A stretch of DNA of 64,000 bases from an uncultured Gemmatimonadales bacterium (GTDB taxonomy: Bacteria > Gemmatimonadota > Gemmatimonadetes > Gemmatimonadales > GWC2-71-9): assembly GCA_963842945.1 (NCBI GenBank), contig CAWJIM010000005.1, positions 32,001 to 96,000 on the forward strand, given 5' to 3'. This document shows positions 63,999 through 64,000 of this stretch, in pieces. Within the stretch, counting starts at the first letter, position 1. Each line of letters begins with the position of its first letter. The notes beneath the pieces are model-generated. The model worked only from the letters and a program-made list of their open reading frames with translations. It did no database searches and was not told where the DNA came from. The translations under genes and the position numbers were made by a program.

Positions 63999-64000
63999 GA

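Overview
A GC-rich bacterial chromosomal segment of about 52 genes. Gene content (BTAD/TPR regulator, several TonB-type receptors and lipoproteins, xoxF cluster) suggests a soil Gemmatimonadota-like organism; this is inference. Many genes, including thiC, are broken by single-base indels, most likely long-read assembly errors. I found no rRNA, tRNA, CRISPR array or transposase. Main blocks: M1 peptidase-otsAB-POT transporter; ArsR facing a dehydratase-Rid-qor operon across a 30-bp palindromic operator; chrB, M28 peptidase, MFS, DUF5916; an unusual 7-gene glycan-tailoring operon (GT4, two PaaK/CapK-like adenylating ligases, a D-Asp-ligase-like ATP-grasp, a PGM1-like ATP-grasp, GNAT, Wzx-like flippase); a rhodanese preceded by an apparently leaderless Cys-Cys-Cys peptide and attenuator hairpin; a BTAD regulator divergent from a large Ig-repeat/PxKF lipoprotein, with 11-bp-periodic repeats and a c-di-GMP-I riboswitch between them; GT4-pdxH; a TonB receptor divergent from GH-A hydrolase, sugar-transfer ATP-grasp, cysteate synthase and aminopeptidase P; TPP riboswitch-thiC; receptor-ECF sigma-anti-sigma; glycosidase, BNR protein, solA; xoxJ-xoxF-xoxG; assorted peptidases and stress genes. 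All family calls are from motif recognition, not database searches.
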